NCBI GenBank assembly: GCA_963739785.1
Contig: CAVUBO010000039.1
Span: 49,088 to 113,087, forward strand
Direction: 5' to 3'
Origin: an uncultured Actinomycetota bacterium
Lineage (GTDB): Bacteria; Actinomycetota; Actinomycetes; Propionibacteriales; Nocardioidaceae
DNA: 64,000 nt
In this document: in pieces, positions 27,452 to 38,093 of the stretch
How the letters are laid out: each line of letters starts with the position of its first letter
How positions within the stretch are numbered: the stretch's first letter is position 1
Position numbers and translations under genes: made by a program
The notes under the pieces: model-generated
The model's database searches: none
What the model was told of the DNA's origin: nothing
Seen by the model: only the letters and a program-made list of their open reading frames with translations

Positions 27452-28252
27452 ATGGACGCCGTTCTCGAGTTCGCCGACGTCACGGTCAAGCGGGGCCAGG
27501 CGACCCTTCTCGAAGGGATCGACTGGACGGTCGAGGAGGACGAGCGCTGGGTCATCCTCGGACCGAACGGTGCCGGCAAGACCACGCTGCTGCAGGTCGC
27601 GGCGGCGCAGATCCACCCCACCTCGGGGGTCGCCGGCATCCTCGGTGAGGTGCTCGGCACGGTCGACGTGTTCGACCTGCGCCCGCGCATCGGCCTGACC
27701 AGCGCCGCGCTCGCCGAGCGCATCCCGCGCCACGAGATCGTCCACGACGTCGTGGTCTCGGCCTCCTACAGCGTCCTGGGTCGGTGGCGCGAGCACTACG
27801 ACGAGCTCGACCACCTGCGTGCCCGCGACCTGCTCGTAGAGGTCGGCGCCGGCCACCTCACGGACCGCACCTTCGGGACCTTGAGCGAGGGCGAGCGCAA
27901 GCGCGTGCAGATCGCCCGCGCCCTGATGACCGACCCCGAGCTGCTGCTCCTCGACGAGCCGGCCGCCGGGCTCGACCTCGGTGGCCGAGAGGACCTCGTC
28001 TCCACGCTGACCGTCCTCGCGATGGACGAGATGTCGCCGGCGACGGTGCTGGTGTCCCACCACGTCGAGGAGATCCCACCCGGCTTCACCCACGCGATGC
28101 TGCTTCGCAAGGGCCGCATCGTCGCCGCCGGCCCCATGGAACAGGTGCTGACCGAGGCGGTCGTCTCCACGACGTTCGGGATGCCCCTGCAGCTGACACA
28201 CGAGGACGGTCGTTGGGCCGCGCGGCGTCGCGTGCGTCACCGCACAGAGTGA
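27452..28252 (+). CDS. ABC ATP-binding protein (ModF/YlmA-like)
   Basis: GPNGAGKTT, LSEGERKR, LDEP and SHHVEEIP motifs. Confidence 0.9.
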   Translation: MDAVLEFADVTVKRGQATLLEGIDWTVEEDERWVILGPNGAGKTTLLQVAAAQIHPTSGVAGILGEVLGTVDVFDLRPRIGLTSAALAERIPRHEIVHDVVVSASYSVLGRWREHYDELDHLRARDLLVEVGAGHLTDRTFGTLSEGERKRVQIARALMTDPELLLLDEPAAGLDLGGREDLVSTLTVLAMDEMSPATVLVSHHVEEIPPGFTHAMLLRKGRIVAAGPMEQVLTEAVVSTTFGMPLQLTHEDGRWAARRRVRHRTE

Positions 28253-28265
28253 CTAGGCTGGCGGT

Positions 28266-28730
28266 ATGAACCTCCCGGAGTGGTTCCAGGACTGGCAGGC
28301 CTGGCTCGCGATCGCGATCGCGCTCGGTCTCGCCGAGCTGTTCAGCCTCGACCTCGTGCTGCTGATGATGGCCACCGGAGCGCTCGCCGGCATGGGTGTG
28401 GCGCTGATCCCCGGCGTCGGTCTGCCGCTCCAGGTCATCGTCGCCGTCATCACTGCCGCAGGCATGCTGGCCCTGGTCCGGCCCAACATCGTCAAGCGGC
28501 TCCACTCCGGCCCGGAGCTGACCCTCGGCCACGCCGCCCTCGTCGGCAAGCAGGGCGTGGTGGTGGACGAGGTGTCGCTGCAGAGCGGCCAGATCCGCGT
28601 CAACGGCGAGCTGTGGACGGCTCGCCCGTACGACGAGACCGAGGTGATCGAGCCCGGCGCTCCGGTCGACATCTTCGAGATCCGAGGTGCCACCGCCTAC
28701 GTGTACCGGATCCCGACCCTGGGCCCCTGA
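28266..28730 (+). CDS. NfeD family protein
   Basis: TM helices plus OB-fold GQIRVNGELWTAR; immediately upstream of an SPFH gene. Confidence 0.88.
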   Translation: MNLPEWFQDWQAWLAIAIALGLAELFSLDLVLLMMATGALAGMGVALIPGVGLPLQVIVAVITAAGMLALVRPNIVKRLHSGPELTLGHAALVGKQGVVVDEVSLQSGQIRVNGELWTARPYDETEVIEPGAPVDIFEIRGATAYVYRIPTLGP

Positions 28731-28764
28731 GACACAAGACAAGACTAGGAAGAGGGTTATCACT

Positions 28765-29904
28765 GTGGAGGGTGCAGCCGTTCTGATCGTGCTGGCCTTG
28801 CTGGTGCTGTTCGCCGTGGTCGTCATGGCCAAGACGGTGCGCATCGTGCCGCAAGCCCGTGCGGGGATCGTCGAGCGCTTCGGCAAGTACAAGGGCACGC
28901 TGTCCGCCGGACTCAACGTCGTCGTCCCGTTCGTCGACAAGGTGCGTTACATGATCGACCTGCGCGAGCAGGTCGTGTCCTTCCCGCCGCAGCCGGTGAT
29001 CACGGAGGACAACCTGGTCGTCTCCATCGACACCGTCATCTACTTCCAGGTCACCGACCCGGTTGCGGCGACCTACGAGATCGCCAACTACATCCAGGCC
29101 GTCGAGCAGCTGACCATGACCACCTTGCGCAACATCGTCGGTGGCATGGACCTCGAGGAGACCCTCACCAGCCGCGACGCGATCAACAGCCGCCTGCGTG
29201 GGGTCCTCGACGAGGCGACCGGCAAGTGGGGGATCCGCGTGAACCGCGTGGAGCTCAAGGGCATCGACCCGCCGCCGTCGATCAAGGACTCGATGGAGAA
29301 GCAGATGCGGGCCGACCGTGAGAAGCGGGCCGTGATCTTGACCGCGGAGGGTTCGCGCCAGGCCGCCATCCTCACCGCGGAGGGCTCGAAGCAGTCGGCG
29401 ATCCTCACCGCGGAGGGTGAGCGCGAGGCGCGGATCCTGCGCGCCCAGGCGGAGCGGGAGGCGCAGATCCTCAAGGCGCAGGGTGAGGGGCAGGCGATCC
29501 AGACCGTCTTCCAGGCGATCCACGACGGCCGTCCCGACCAGTCGCTGCTGGCCTACCAGTACCTCCAGATGATGCCGAAGATCGCCGCGGGCGACGCCAA
29601 CAAGGTCTGGATCGTGCCCAGCGAGATCGGCAAGGCACTCGAAGGCCTCGGGTCGACGATGAACAGCCTCAAGGGCATCCCGGACGAGGTGGAGGGCCCG
29701 GTCCGTCGCATGGACTTGGGCGAGGTGCCCGAGGCCCCGCAGGCCGACCGGACGCTCTCCAAGGCGCACGAGGCGGTCGCCGAGGCGATCGCGGCCGCCG
29801 AGGAGTCGGCCGAGCCGACCCGCCGCGCCGCGGGTGCTGCCGGAGCCGTTGCACCCTCGCCGGACCCGGTCGTGCCGGAGGACGGGGAGCCGCCCGCTCA
29901 GTGA
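28765..29904 (+). CDS. SPFH/stomatin-like (band 7) protein
   Basis: VERFGKY, QPVITEDN, TTLRN and ILTAEG repeats. Confidence 0.92.
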   Translation: MEGAAVLIVLALLVLFAVVVMAKTVRIVPQARAGIVERFGKYKGTLSAGLNVVVPFVDKVRYMIDLREQVVSFPPQPVITEDNLVVSIDTVIYFQVTDPVAATYEIANYIQAVEQLTMTTLRNIVGGMDLEETLTSRDAINSRLRGVLDEATGKWGIRVNRVELKGIDPPPSIKDSMEKQMRADREKRAVILTAEGSRQAAILTAEGSKQSAILTAEGEREARILRAQAEREAQILKAQGEGQAIQTVFQAIHDGRPDQSLLAYQYLQMMPKIAAGDANKVWIVPSEIGKALEGLGSTMNSLKGIPDEVEGPVRRMDLGEVPEAPQADRTLSKAHEAVAEAIAAAEESAEPTRRAAGAAGAVAPSPDPVVPEDGEPPAQ

Positions 29905-30669
29905 CCGGCATCGAGATCGCCGCGATCCTGCTCGCAGGGGCCGCGGCCGGCACCATCAACGCCGTGGTGGGGTCGGGGACGTTGATCACGTTCCCGACCC
30001 TCCTGGCGTTCGGGGTCCCGCCGGTGACCGCGAACGTCAGCAACACCGTGGGTCTCGTCCCGGGATCGGTCTCCGCGGCGGTCGGCTACCGCCGCGAGCT
30101 CGAGGGCCAGCGGGGACGGCTCCTGCGACTGTCCTCCGCCTCCCTGCTCGGCGGGATCGCAGGAGCCGTGCTCCTGCTCGTCCTCCCGCCTGAGGCGTTC
30201 GAAGCAATCGTCCCAGCCCTCATCCTGCTGGGCTGCGTGCTGGTCGTGCTCCAGCCCCGCATCTCCCGCTGGGTCGCGGTGAGGCACGAGAGCCACGTCG
30301 ACGTGGCCGACCACGGCGGCTCGTGGGTGTGGGTGCTGGTGATGCTCACCGGTGTCTACGGCGGCTACTTCGGCGCCGCGCAAGGGGTGCTGCTGATGGC
30401 GGTCCTCGGGATCGGCATCCACCAGGAGACCCTCCAGCGGCTCAACGGCACCAAGAACGTCCTGGCCGGCGTCGTGAACGCCGTCGCGGCGGTGGTCTTC
30501 ATCGTGGTCGCCGACGTCGACTGGGCTGTCGCCGGACTCATCGCGGTGGGGTCCGTGATCGGGCGGCCAGGTGGGCGCCACCGTCGGTAGACGCCTGCCG
30601 CCCCTTGCGCTGCGAATGGTCATCGTCACCGTGGGAGTCGTCGCGGTCGTCTCCTTCATCGCGTCATGA
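29901..30669 (+). CDS. TauE/SafE (TSUP) transporter, apparent +1 indel at ~30562
   Basis: GSGTLITFP and GVYGGYFGAAQG; the terminal part (GGQVGATVGRRLP...VSFIAS*) continues in the next frame. Confidence 0.85.
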
Positions 30670-32154
30670 GCCCCCTGCGCGGCGCCCTGCTGGTCGCGGG
30701 CACGACCTCCGATGCCGGGCAAGTCGGTGCTCACCACAGGCCTGTGCCGGTGGCTGCGACGGCGAGGCGTGAACGTGGCGCCGTTCAAGGCGCAGAACAT
30801 GTCGAACAACTCGATGGTCACCGCCGACGGCGCCGAGATCGGCCGCGCCCAGTGGATCCAGGCGGTCGCCGCCGGTGCGGAGCCCGAGGCTGCGATGAAC
30901 CCGGTGCTGCTCAAGCCCGGGTCCGACCGCAGGAGCCATGTCGTGCTCATGGGCCGGCCCTACGGCGAGCTCGACGCGTCCTCCTTCGCGCACGCACGAA
31001 CAGTGCTCGCAGACGCGGCGTACGCCGCCTTCGACGACCTCAAGGCGAGGTACGACGTGGTCGTCTGCGAGGGGGCCGGCAGCCCGACCGAGATCAACCT
31101 TCGCGAGCACGACTTCGTCAACATGGGCCTCGCCCAGCACGGCCAGGTGCCGACGATCGTGGTGGGGGACATCGACCGCGGCGGCGTGTTCGCGGCGATG
31201 TACGGCACGTTGAAGCTCATGCCCGAGCACGACCAGCGGCTGCTCGAGGGGTTCGTGGTGAACAAGTTCCGCGGCGACGAGTCGCTGCTCGGCGCCCGGC
31301 CTGCGCATGCTCGAGGAGGCGACCGAGCGGCCGGTGCTCGGTGTCGTGCCGTGGCTGCCGGGCCTGTGGCTGGACTCGGAGGACGCGATCGACCTCGAGG
31401 GCAGGAGAGCAACCGCGAGGCCCGACGGCCCCCGTGCTGAGGGTGGCGGTCGTGCGCTTCCCGCGGATCTCGAACTTCACCGACGTCGACGCTCTGGCGG
31501 TGGAGCCCGGGGTCGACGTCGCGTTTCGTGGACTCCCCGGAGCCGCTGGCCGACGCGGACCTCGTCGTCCTGCCCGGCACACGGGCGACGCTCGACGACC
31601 TGGCGTGGTTGCGCGAACGAGGCATGGAGGGGCCGCTCGTCCAGCGGCACCGCGGCGGGCAGCCGGTCCTCGGCATCTGCGGTGGCTTCCAGATGCTGGG
31701 GGAGCGGGTCGACGACCCGGACGGCGTGGAGACCGGCCGGCCGACCACGGCGCGCGGACTGGGGCTCCTGCCGGCGCGGACGAGGTTCCACCCCGACAAG
31801 GTCCTGCTCCGGCCGCGGGGCACCGCGCTGGGGCACGACGTGGAGGGGTACGAGATCCACCACGGCGAGGTCGTCGTCCGGGGTGGCACCCCGTTCCTCG
31901 ACGGCTGCCGGGACGGCGCCACCTGGGGCACCCTGTGGCACGGCGCGTTCGAGAACGACGGGTTCCGCCGCGCCTTCCTGACCCAGGTGGCCGCGGACGC
32001 CAACCTGCCCGGGTGGGGCATCGAGCCGGGCGCGGAGTTCGGGTCGCGGCGCGAGGAGCGGATCGAGGCGCTCGCCGACGCCGTCGAGCAGTACGTCGAC
32101 ACCGACGCGCTGCTCGAGATCATCGCGCAGGGCGCTCAGGGCTCCCGGACGTAG
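30666..32154 (+). CDS. cobQ: Cobyric acid synthase, four apparent +1 indels
   Basis: [53 protein letters not shown] and GTLWHG in successive frames. Confidence 0.9.
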
Positions 32155-33107
32155 GCGTCGAGCCACCGGTTGATCTGGTCGAAGACCCGGGTGCGGACCG
32201 GCTCGGCGGAGAGGGTGACGTCGTGGAGCGCGCCCTCGACGCGGGTCACGGTCACGTGGGCGCCGAGCTTGTGGGCCCACCTGCGGATCTGCTCGACGTC
32301 GAGCACGATGTCGTGGCGGTCGACGTCCTCGTCCCACTCGCGAGGGAACGAGCTCGCCCCGGAGGTCAGCACCAGGACCGGCGCGCCGACCTCGATGCCA
32401 CGGTGCACCGTCCTGTGGCCGCGCCGGACGGCGCGCAGCCACCCCGCATAGACGGGCCAGCTGTCGATGGGCTTCCAGTCCAGGTTGAACTCCCACTCGC
32501 CCCGATGGTCCTTGTGGAGGCTCTGCGCGTAGAGACCCGACACGTTCCGCGGGATGGCGAGGTAGGGGCGGCGAGCGCCCACCTGCTCGATCGCGGCGGT
32601 CCCGGCGGTGCGGAGCAGGAAGCTCCCGTGCAGGTCGAGCCAGGGCGAGTTGAGCACCATCCCGGCGAGGGCGGGTTTGCGGGAGTGCGCCCACAGCGGG
32701 GCGATCAGGCCACCCGTGGAGTGCGCGGTCATGATGACGTGGGAGTGGCCGTCGCGCTCGCGGACCCGCTCCATCGCGGCGTCGATCTCCTCGAAGTAGT
32801 GGCGTAGGTCGGTCACGAAGTTCGGGGTGTGGTGCGGCCGCAGCGAGCGGCCGTACTTGCGCAGGTCGAGCGCGTAGAAGTCGTACCCGCGCGAGGTCCA
32901 GTAGTCCGCGGCCGGTGTCTGGAAGAAGTAGTCGGAGAAGCCGTGCAGGTGGAGCACCGCCCCTACGGCGCGCTCGACGACCTCGGTCCGGCGGTAGACC
33001 AGCGTCGCGACGACGGCCCCCTCCTCGTCCGCGGGCAGCTCGATGGTCTCGGCGACATAGGGGTGACCGAGGATGTCGACCTCGTGCACGGTGTCTTCCT
33101 TGGGCAT
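32136..33107 (-). CDS. Alpha/beta hydrolase (lysophospholipase-like)
   Basis: HGFSDYF, DLRKYGRS, AHSTGG nucleophile elbow and GALHD. Confidence 0.9.
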   Translation of the reverse strand: MPKEDTVHEVDILGHPYVAETIELPADEEGAVVATLVYRRTEVVERAVGAVLHLHGFSDYFFQTPAADYWTSRGYDFYALDLRKYGRSLRPHHTPNFVTDLRHYFEEIDAAMERVRERDGHSHVIMTAHSTGGLIAPLWAHSRKPALAGMVLNSPWLDLHGSFLLRTAGTAAIEQVGARRPYLAIPRNVSGLYAQSLHKDHRGEWEFNLDWKPIDSWPVYAGWLRAVRRGHRTVHRGIEVGAPVLVLTSGASSFPREWDEDVDRHDIVLDVEQIRRWAHKLGAHVTVTRVEGALHDVTLSAEPVRTRVFDQINRWLDAYVREP

Positions 33108-33276
33108 GACGAGATTCTCACCCATGGCAGCAACCGCGCTCGTCGTACCCCGGCCGGAAAGAGCAGCGGACTTCCCAGGTCGGTTCAGCCCACCCCCCGG
33201 ATCGAGGCGTGCACCGTCTGGTCGCCGGGTGGGCTACTGTGCAGGACCAGTCAGCCATCCAGGAACCGGAGGACCT

Positions 33277-33768
33277 GTGACCCGCAGCAACGCCGCACCG
33301 CTGAACGAGAACGCCACCCCCTGCGCGGAGCAGAACTGCAGGGTCGCGAGTGCGCTGCTCGTCGACGGCCGTGGCTGGGTGCTGCTGCAGGAGCGTGACG
33401 AGCACGCCCTCGTCTCTCCCGACCAGTGGGGCCTCGTGGGCGGGCACCTCGAGGAAGGCGAGAGCTGGGAGGATGCGCTCCACCGCGAGCTCGAGGAGGA
33501 GACCGGTCTCACCGAGCGGGGGTTCGAGCTCTGGTTCGACGAGCTCGTCCAGCACACGCCGAAGATCTCCTCCCACCTCGCCGACCGGTGGCAGATCTAC
33601 GTCAAGCGCACCGACGCCACCGACGCCGACATCGCGCTCGGCGAGGGTCGGCAGATCGTGTTCGTCGACCCGGAGCGGATCCGCTCCGGTGAGCTCGACC
33701 TGGCGATCTCCGCCCAGCACGTGCTGCCGCTGTTCCTCGACTCGCCGACCTATCGCGAGATGCTCTGA
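33277..33768 (+). CDS. NUDIX hydrolase
   Basis: Nudix box GGHLEEGES...ALHRELEEETG; SD GGAGG. Confidence 0.88.
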   Translation: MTRSNAAPLNENATPCAEQNCRVASALLVDGRGWVLLQERDEHALVSPDQWGLVGGHLEEGESWEDALHRELEEETGLTERGFELWFDELVQHTPKISSHLADRWQIYVKRTDATDADIALGEGRQIVFVDPERIRSGELDLAISAQHVLPLFLDSPTYREML

Positions 33769-33789
33769 CCGACCGGCGCAAGCGACCGG

Positions 33790-34311
33790 TCAGTGCCGGT
33801 AGGTGCCGTGGACGATCGCGCGGCCCAGCGTCTTGAACGCGAGGTTGAAGGAGACGACCGCAGGTGAGGCGTCCGAGTCGACGCCCAGGGTCTCCTCCTT
33901 CACCGCGTGCACCACGAAGAAGTAGCGGTGCACCTGGTCGCCCGGCGGGGGAGCGGCACCCATGAACCCCTTGTCGCCGCCGTCGTTGCGGCAGTGGAAG
34001 GCCGTGCCCGGGAGCGTTCCCGAAGCAGCGCCGGTGTCCAGGGAGGTCACGTCGGCCGGGAGGTCGACCAGGACCCAGTGCCAGAAGCCCGAGGGCGTGG
34101 GGGCGTCAGGGTCGAAGCAGGTGACCACGAAGCTCTTGGTGCCCTCCGGCACGTCGGACCAGCTCAGCTGCGGAGAGGTGTTGCCCTTGGCCGCGACCTG
34201 GTCGTCCTTCAGGGGCTGGCCGTCCTGCACGTCGGCGCTGGTGACCGTGAAGGACGGGACCTCGGGAAGCAGGTCGTAGGGGTTCGGGCTGACCGGGCGG
34301 TCCAGGCTCAT
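33790..34311 (-). CDS. YbhB/YbcL (PEBP) family protein
   Basis: DPDAPTPSGFWHW and GAAPPPGD.VHRYFF motifs. Confidence 0.93.
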   Translation of the reverse strand: MSLDRPVSPNPYDLLPEVPSFTVTSADVQDGQPLKDDQVAAKGNTSPQLSWSDVPEGTKSFVVTCFDPDAPTPSGFWHWVLVDLPADVTSLDTGAASGTLPGTAFHCRNDGGDKGFMGAAPPPGDQVHRYFFVVHAVKEETLGVDSDASPAVVSFNLAFKTLGRAIVHGTYRH

Positions 34312-34401
34312 CCATACCTCCTCTGGGAGTGCGTGCTGCGACCCTAGTCCGCAGACTGGTCGTCTGCCAGGGTGCCCGGCGCGCCGGGGAGAATGTGACC
34401 C

Positions 34402-35484
34402 ATGACCCCGGACCCTGAGGATCAGCTGCGCGACATCGTGAGCTCGGTCGCGCCCGTCGACGCCGAGGCCATGTCCGAGGCGCGTCGGAGGCAGGCCCAG
34501 CTGACCAAGCCCGCCGGTGCGCTGGGGGTGCTCGAGGACGCCTCGGTGAAGCTGTGCGGCATCCAGGGGGAGTGTCCGCCCAGACCGCTCGCACTGCCTG
34601 TGGTGGCGGTGTTCGCCGGGGACCACGGGGTCCACGCCCAAGGGGTGAGCCCGTGGCCGCAGGAGGTCACCGCCTCCATGGTGGCCAACTTCCGGGCCGG
34701 TGGCGCCGCGGTCAACGTCCTGGCCCGGCAGGCAGGCGCTGAGGTCGTCGTCGTGGACATGGGCGTCGCCTCCGACCTCGAGGCCGGTCCCGACCTGCTC
34801 GACCTCAAGATCAGGCGAGGTACGTCGGACCTGGCAGTCGGGCCCGCGATGACCAGGCAGGAGGCGGTCAAGGGGCTGCTCGCCGGCGCTCTGGTCGCAG
34901 ACACGCTCGTCGACCGCGGTCACGACGTGCTGCTCACCGGGGACATGGGGATCGCCAACACCACGCCCTCCGCCGCGCTCGTGTCGGCCCTGACCGGTGC
35001 GTCCCCCGCCGAGGTCACCGGCCGCGGGACCGGCGCCGACGACAGCGTCCTCGCCCGCAAGATCGGGGTCGTGAGCCAGGCGCTCGCGCAGCGGCCGGTC
35101 ACCGACGACCCGGTGGAGACCCTGGCCTCGCTGGGTGGGTTCGAGCACGCCGGGATCGCCGGCCTGGTCCTCGGCGCCGCTCGACGGCGGGTCCCGGTCA
35201 TCCTCGACGGCGTCATCGCGGGGGCGGCGGCGCTCGTCGCCCGTGCCCTCGCGGCCGACGCGATCGGGTACTGCTTCGCCGGGCATCGCAGCGTGGAGCC
35301 CGGGCACGCCGTCGCGCTCGGCTCCCTGGGACTGCGGCCGATGGTCGACCTCGACCTTCGGCTGGGCGAGGGGACCGGCGCCGTCCTCGCCCTGCCGCTG
35401 GTCGAAGCGGCCGGCGCGACCCTCCGGGAGATGGCCACCTTCGACTCGGCGGGGGTCGCGCGGAAGGAGACCGGCGATGCCTGA
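34402..35484 (+). CDS. cobT: Nicotinate-nucleotide-dimethylbenzimidazole phosphoribosyltransferase
   Basis: LTKP.G.LG, FAGDHGV, GDMGIANTT, LRLGEGTGA and MATFDSAGV motifs. Confidence 0.95.
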   Translation: MTPDPEDQLRDIVSSVAPVDAEAMSEARRRQAQLTKPAGALGVLEDASVKLCGIQGECPPRPLALPVVAVFAGDHGVHAQGVSPWPQEVTASMVANFRAGGAAVNVLARQAGAEVVVVDMGVASDLEAGPDLLDLKIRRGTSDLAVGPAMTRQEAVKGLLAGALVADTLVDRGHDVLLTGDMGIANTTPSAALVSALTGASPAEVTGRGTGADDSVLARKIGVVSQALAQRPVTDDPVETLASLGGFEHAGIAGLVLGAARRRVPVILDGVIAGAAALVARALAADAIGYCFAGHRSVEPGHAVALGSLGLRPMVDLDLRLGEGTGAVLALPLVEAAGATLREMATFDSAGVARKETGDA

Positions 35485-36715
35485 GGAGGGCTTCCCGCCC
35501 TACCCGGCCGGACTGCGTCTCGCGGGACGCAGGGTGGTCGTGGTCGGCGGCGGCCACGTGGCACAGCGGCGCGTTCCCGCGCTCCTCGCCGTAGGGGCAC
35601 AGGTCGTGGTCGTCTCCCCGGCCGTCACGCCGGCCATCGAGGGCCTTGTCGGATCAGGCGAGGTGACCTGGCACCAGCGCGGCTTCGAGCCGACCGACCT
35701 CGACGAGGCGTGGTACGTCATCGCCGCGACCGACGTCCGCGCGGTCAACGAGGAGGTCGGCCGGGCCGCGGAGGAACGGCGGGTCTTCTGCGTGCGGAGC
35801 GACGACGCCACACGTGCCTCGGCGTGGACCCCCGCTGTGGGTCGCCACGCCGGGGTGACCGTCGCGGTGCTCGGGAACCGGCAGCCCCAGCGCTCTGCCG
35901 CCGTGCGCGACGAGATCGTCTCCGCCCTGCGCGACGGCGTGATCCACGCCGACGCCCATCGCGACCGGACCCCTGGCGTGGTGCTGGTCGGTGGCGGGCC
36001 GGGGCACCCGGACCTGGTGACGGTCGCAGCGCGGCGTGCGCTCAGCGAGGCCGACGTGGTGGTGGCGGACCGGCTCGCACCCCGGGAGCTGCTGAGCGAG
36101 CTCTCCCCGGACGTGGAGCTCGTCGACGTGGCCAAGCTGCCACGTGGGCGGTCCGCCTCCCAGGACGAGATCAACCGGGTGATCATCGACCGGGCCCGAC
36201 AGGGCAAGCGCGTGGTCCGCTTCAAGGGCGGCGACCCGTTCGTGTTCGGCCGCGGCTACGAGGAGGCGATCGCCTGCGCCGAGGCGGGTGTGCCCTGCAC
36301 GGTCGTTCCCGGCGTCACGAGTGCGATCTCCGTGCCCGCCGCGGCCGGGATCCCGGTCACGCACCGCGGCGTCGCCCACGAGTTCACGGTGGTGTCCGGC
36401 CATGTCCCGCCCGACCACGACAGCTCCCTCGTCGACTGGGACGGACTCGCGCGGATGCGCGGCACCGTCGTACTCCTGATGGCGGTGCAGAACCTCGCCG
36501 CGATCGCCGCGCGCCTGGTCGCCGGGGGCCGGGCCGCGTCCACACCTGTCGCGGTGATCGCGGAAGGCACGATGCCGGGGGAGCGCACCGTACTCTCGAC
36601 ACTCGAGACGGTCGCCGCCGACGTCGAGCGCGAGGACATCCGGCCGCCTGCGATCGTGGTGGTCGGTGAGGTGGTCGCGGTGGGCAACCCGGAAAGGTAC
36701 GGATGGCAGACCTGA
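35477..36715 (+). CDS. cobA: Uroporphyrinogen-III C-methyltransferase fused to a precorrin-2 dehydrogenase-like domain (CysG-like)
   Basis: N-terminal VVGGG Rossmann motif; VGGGPG.PDL, KGGDPFVFGRG.EE and VPGVTS. Confidence 0.9.
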   Translation: MPEEGFPPYPAGLRLAGRRVVVVGGGHVAQRRVPALLAVGAQVVVVSPAVTPAIEGLVGSGEVTWHQRGFEPTDLDEAWYVIAATDVRAVNEEVGRAAEERRVFCVRSDDATRASAWTPAVGRHAGVTVAVLGNRQPQRSAAVRDEIVSALRDGVIHADAHRDRTPGVVLVGGGPGHPDLVTVAARRALSEADVVVADRLAPRELLSELSPDVELVDVAKLPRGRSASQDEINRVIIDRARQGKRVVRFKGGDPFVFGRGYEEAIACAEAGVPCTVVPGVTSAISVPAAAGIPVTHRGVAHEFTVVSGHVPPDHDSSLVDWDGLARMRGTVVLLMAVQNLAAIAARLVAGGRAASTPVAVIAEGTMPGERTVLSTLETVAADVEREDIRPPAIVVVGEVVAVGNPERYGWQT

Positions 36716-37506
36716 TCGAGGTGTCGGACCCTGGCGATCCACGACTGTCCGACTACCGCGACCTGCGCGACGTCGAGCTCCGCAAGCACCTCGAGGCCGA
36801 GCACGGGCTCTTCCTCGCCGAGGGGGAGAAGGTGGTACGGCGCGCGGTAGAGGCAGGCTTCCCCGCACGGTCGTTCCTGATGGCGCCCCGGTGGCTCGAC
36901 GGCCTCGCCGACGTGCTCGACCGCAGCGACGCGCCCTGCTACGTCGTCACCGAGGACCTCGCCGAGGAGGTGACCGGCTTCCACGTCCACCGTGGTGCGC
37001 TCGCCTCGCTCGAACGGGCGCCCCTGCCTCCCCTGGCGGACGTGCTCGACAAGGCGCGCACCGTGGTGGTGCTCGAGGACGTGGTCGACCACACGAACGT
37101 CGGCGCGATCTTCCGTTCGGCCGCTGCGCTTGGTGTCGACGCCATCGTGCTCTCGCCCCGGTGCGCAGACCCGCTCTACCGGCGCTCCGTCAAGGTCGCG
37201 ATGGGGGCGGTGTTCTCGGTGCCCTACGCCCGGATGGAGGGGTGGTACGACGGCCCCGACGCGCTGTCGCGTGCGGGGTTCACGACGGTGGCTCTCACCC
37301 CTGCCGCGGACGCCGTGGAGATCGAGGACGCGGTGTGCGGGCTCGACAAGGTCGCCCTGCTCATGGGCTCCGAGGGTCCGGGGCTCTCCCGCCGCTGGAT
37401 GGAGTCCGCGGACCGGCGAGCGGTGATCCCGATGGCTGCGGACATCGACTCGCTCAACGTCGCAGCCGCGACCGCCGTCGCCTGCTACGTCACTGCTCGA
37501 CGCTGA
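36703..37506 (+). CDS. TrmH/SpoU family RNA methyltransferase
   Basis: NVGAIFRSA, GSEGPGL and IPM...DSLNV motifs. Confidence 0.92.
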   Translation: MADLIEVSDPGDPRLSDYRDLRDVELRKHLEAEHGLFLAEGEKVVRRAVEAGFPARSFLMAPRWLDGLADVLDRSDAPCYVVTEDLAEEVTGFHVHRGALASLERAPLPPLADVLDKARTVVVLEDVVDHTNVGAIFRSAAALGVDAIVLSPRCADPLYRRSVKVAMGAVFSVPYARMEGWYDGPDALSRAGFTTVALTPAADAVEIEDAVCGLDKVALLMGSEGPGLSRRWMESADRRAVIPMAADIDSLNVAAATAVACYVTARR

Positions 37507-38083
37507 CCACCGGCCAGTCCGGCGGGAAGCTGTCCTCGCACTCCTCGGCCTGCTTGAACAGCTTCTTGCGCGCACGCTTGTTGAGGCGGTCACCGAACAC
37601 AGTGCCCTGGCAGTGGTCGGTCTCGTGCTGGAGGCACCGGGCGAGGAGCCCGTGGCCGCTGTAGCCGACCCGGTTCCCGTCGAGGTCGTGCCCCTCCACG
37701 CGCGCGAAGTCCGGCCGCGCGCAGGGGACGAACGCGCCCGGCAGGGAGAGACATCCCTCGTCGTCGTCGTCGAGCTTGCGCTCGCGTCCCTCGGGGAGGA
37801 TGAGCACGGGGTTGCAGACCACGCCCTGATGGCGCACGCCCTCGTCGTCGGGGCAGTCGAACACGAAGATCGAGCGGTCCACCCCGATCTGGCAGGCGGC
37901 GAGGCCGACTCCGTCGGCGGCGTACATGGTCGCGACCATGTCCGCCGCCAGCTCCCGCAGGTCCGCGTCGAACTCGGTGACGGGCTCCTGCGTACGGTGC
38001 ATGACGTGCTCACCCCAGCGGGTGATCGGCCGGACGGTCCCGCCGTCGGGGAGGACAGAGTGCTCGGGTGCGGTGTCGGACAT
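37490..38083 (-). CDS. def: Peptide deformylase
   Basis: GVGLAACQ, EGCLS and QHETDH motifs. Confidence 0.95.
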   Translation of the reverse strand: MSDTAPEHSVLPDGGTVRPITRWGEHVMHRTQEPVTEFDADLRELAADMVATMYAADGVGLAACQIGVDRSIFVFDCPDDEGVRHQGVVCNPVLILPEGRERKLDDDDEGCLSLPGAFVPCARPDFARVEGHDLDGNRVGYSGHGLLARCLQHETDHCQGTVFGDRLNKRARKKLFKQAEECEDSFPPDWPVVSVEQ

Positions 38084-38093
38084 GGCGCACATC

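Noticed and set aside
29330-29420. Three 33-bp repeats encoding ILTAEG
   Set aside because: Normal coiled-coil repeats of stomatin-like SPFH proteins; not CRISPR.
30666-32154. Programmed frameshifting or true pseudogenisation of cobQ
   Set aside because: Four same-sense +1 indels without slippery heptamers and with intact motifs fit sequencing error better; cannot be excluded without reads.
34312-34401. Cobalamin riboswitch upstream of cobT
   Set aside because: The 90-bp gap is too short and shows no B12-box.
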